From assembly GCA_963663405.2 (NCBI GenBank), contig CAXXSM010000004.1:1-64000 (forward strand): a DNA stretch of 64,000 nt. The letters run 5' to 3'. Of the stretch, positions 62,635 through 64,000 are shown piece by piece (position 1 is the first letter of the stretch; each line of letters starts with the position of its first letter). Origin of the DNA: a bacterium. Lineage in GTDB: Bacteria; Hinthialibacterota; Hinthialibacteria; Hinthialibacterales; Hinthialibacteraceae. The position numbers and the translations under genes are program-made. The notes beneath the pieces are model-generated. The model was given only the letters and a program-made list of their open reading frames with translations. It ran no database searches and was not told the DNA's origin.

Positions 62635-63688
62635 GAATTCTCTTTTGATTGCTGTAAAATACTCAAAAAATGAGTTCAATTTATGTTTCTCGTCGATAAA
62701 GTCATATGCATAAGTTCAATGGACAGCCTACACGATAGTAAAGGTATATACCCTCCTAAAATTTCATCCCATTCCGCAAGAAAACTGCATATTTTTCAAT
62801 CTTTTAGTTGGAGTTCGCTTGTCCCCCCACCCCCTTGCGCTCAAATCACACGCTTTCGCACGGTTTTCAGTAGGAGATCATTTTTGGAAGATCTCCAAAA
62901 GATGAGTCACGAAATTTTAACAAGGAAGAAAAAATGAATTCGTTCAGAAACCGTCTATTTTGATCGAAAAGGCAGGGGTAAAAAATAACAATTCAAACCA
63001 AGACAACTATTTTGACTAATATTTCTTGACTCTCTTGTCTTTCCACTCGTTCTCAGCCAACCAAATGCGCGGATCTTCATATCGCAGCCGGTAAATAATG
63101 TGTTCGACTTTTAGGTTGACTTCTTTGAGCTGTTCTTCAATCCAATCGGCGATTTCATTCTCGGGTGTGTGGGGTGTGATTCGTTTCATGGGACAAGGAG
63201 AATTGTCACTACTATTTAAAGGTTACGGTTCGCAGTCACTCAAGAGATACAACAATCCTCTCAAAATGAAGTTGTCCAAACGCTAAAAACCGGAAGATTT
63301 ATAAATCGGAGAGAATTCACTTCTGCGCAAGAACAACAAAACACCATCCGAAAGTAGCATCTTTTCCACCAGGAAAATGAGATGACTTTCGGGTTGGAAA
63401 ATAAAAAAAAGACCACATGAAACCATTGTCCGTATCCGGTTTTGTCCCAACAAACCGTTGAACAGCGAATGAATGGTCTGTGGTCAAGACATGAAATCCA
63501 TACGGGACATTCCCGTCGATAAACGTAAAATGGCGAGATTCGCCTAGTGAATACTCTCTGCCTCTCTTCTCGATCGATCCGATCGCATTTTCTATTCAAA
63601 ACCGCATCCAAATAGCAAAACAACCTGGCAGGGCAGATACTGGCCTGCCAGGCCGTTTTGCCTCAACCATAACAATGGAGGTTCCAAA

Positions 63689-63952
63689 ATGAAAGAAACC
63701 AATCGAACAAGCAGTACCGTAGAAAGCCAGCCCCAGATCGTTGTGTCACGAGCCGTATACGAAACATTGACACCGGAGGAAATCCATCACGCGTTCACGA
63801 TTCTCTTTGAGAAGATGAAGGTTCCCGATCCAGCCAATCCCAACCTATGGACCGTCCAGATCAATGGAAGCCGGTTGTGGGGCATCCTGGATGAAGGAGC
63901 CGGAACCGATGGACAGAATCTCGTGTCGTTGATTTTTCCAGAGGATTACTAA
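63689..63952 (+). CDS. Hypothetical protein, paralog of 35256..35522
   Basis: GGAGG RBS; ETLTPE.IH.AFTILFEKMKVPDP.NPNLWTV shared with the first copy. Confidence 0.8.
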   Translation: MKETNRTSSTVESQPQIVVSRAVYETLTPEEIHHAFTILFEKMKVPDPANPNLWTVQINGSRLWGILDEGAGTDGQNLVSLIFPEDY

Positions 63953-64000
63953 TTCAATAAAAAAAATGAGGAGGTATCAAAACAATGAAAAACACCAAAA

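Overview
Bacterial accessory DNA made of stacked mobile elements. (1) 1-20.4 kb is the morphogenesis and lysis half of a siphovirus-type prophage: HK97-fold capsid, neck, tail tube, G/G-T chaperone with a -1 slippery site, tape measure, DUF2460/DUF2163/megatron/DUF2793 tail tip, fibres, holin and M15 endolysin. Its intergenic gaps from 1.1 to 6.8 kb hold nested hairpin repeats, and four morphogenesis-region genes start with signal-peptide-like leaders. (2) 20.7-22.8 kb is a J-domain plus TPR gene pair, followed by a tRNA-Arg(ACG) 3'-half att site with arm-like repeats. (3) 23-57 kb is a defence and IS-rich island: VapBC, IetAS, a CobS/CobT-like pair, a SNF2/DUF1156/DUF499 restriction-like locus with an extra DinG-type helicase, and at least four IS types. 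(4) 57-64 kb carries the most striking module: an archaeal-type Orc1/Cdc6 gene directly beside inverted ORB-like boxes that flank a ~20% GC spacer, plus zinc-ribbon, ssDNA-binding-like, kleisin-C-like and wHTH genes, and a diverged copy of the leader region at 35 kb. Family calls come from motif recognition by eye; no searches were run. Several single-base frameshifts may be sequencing errors.
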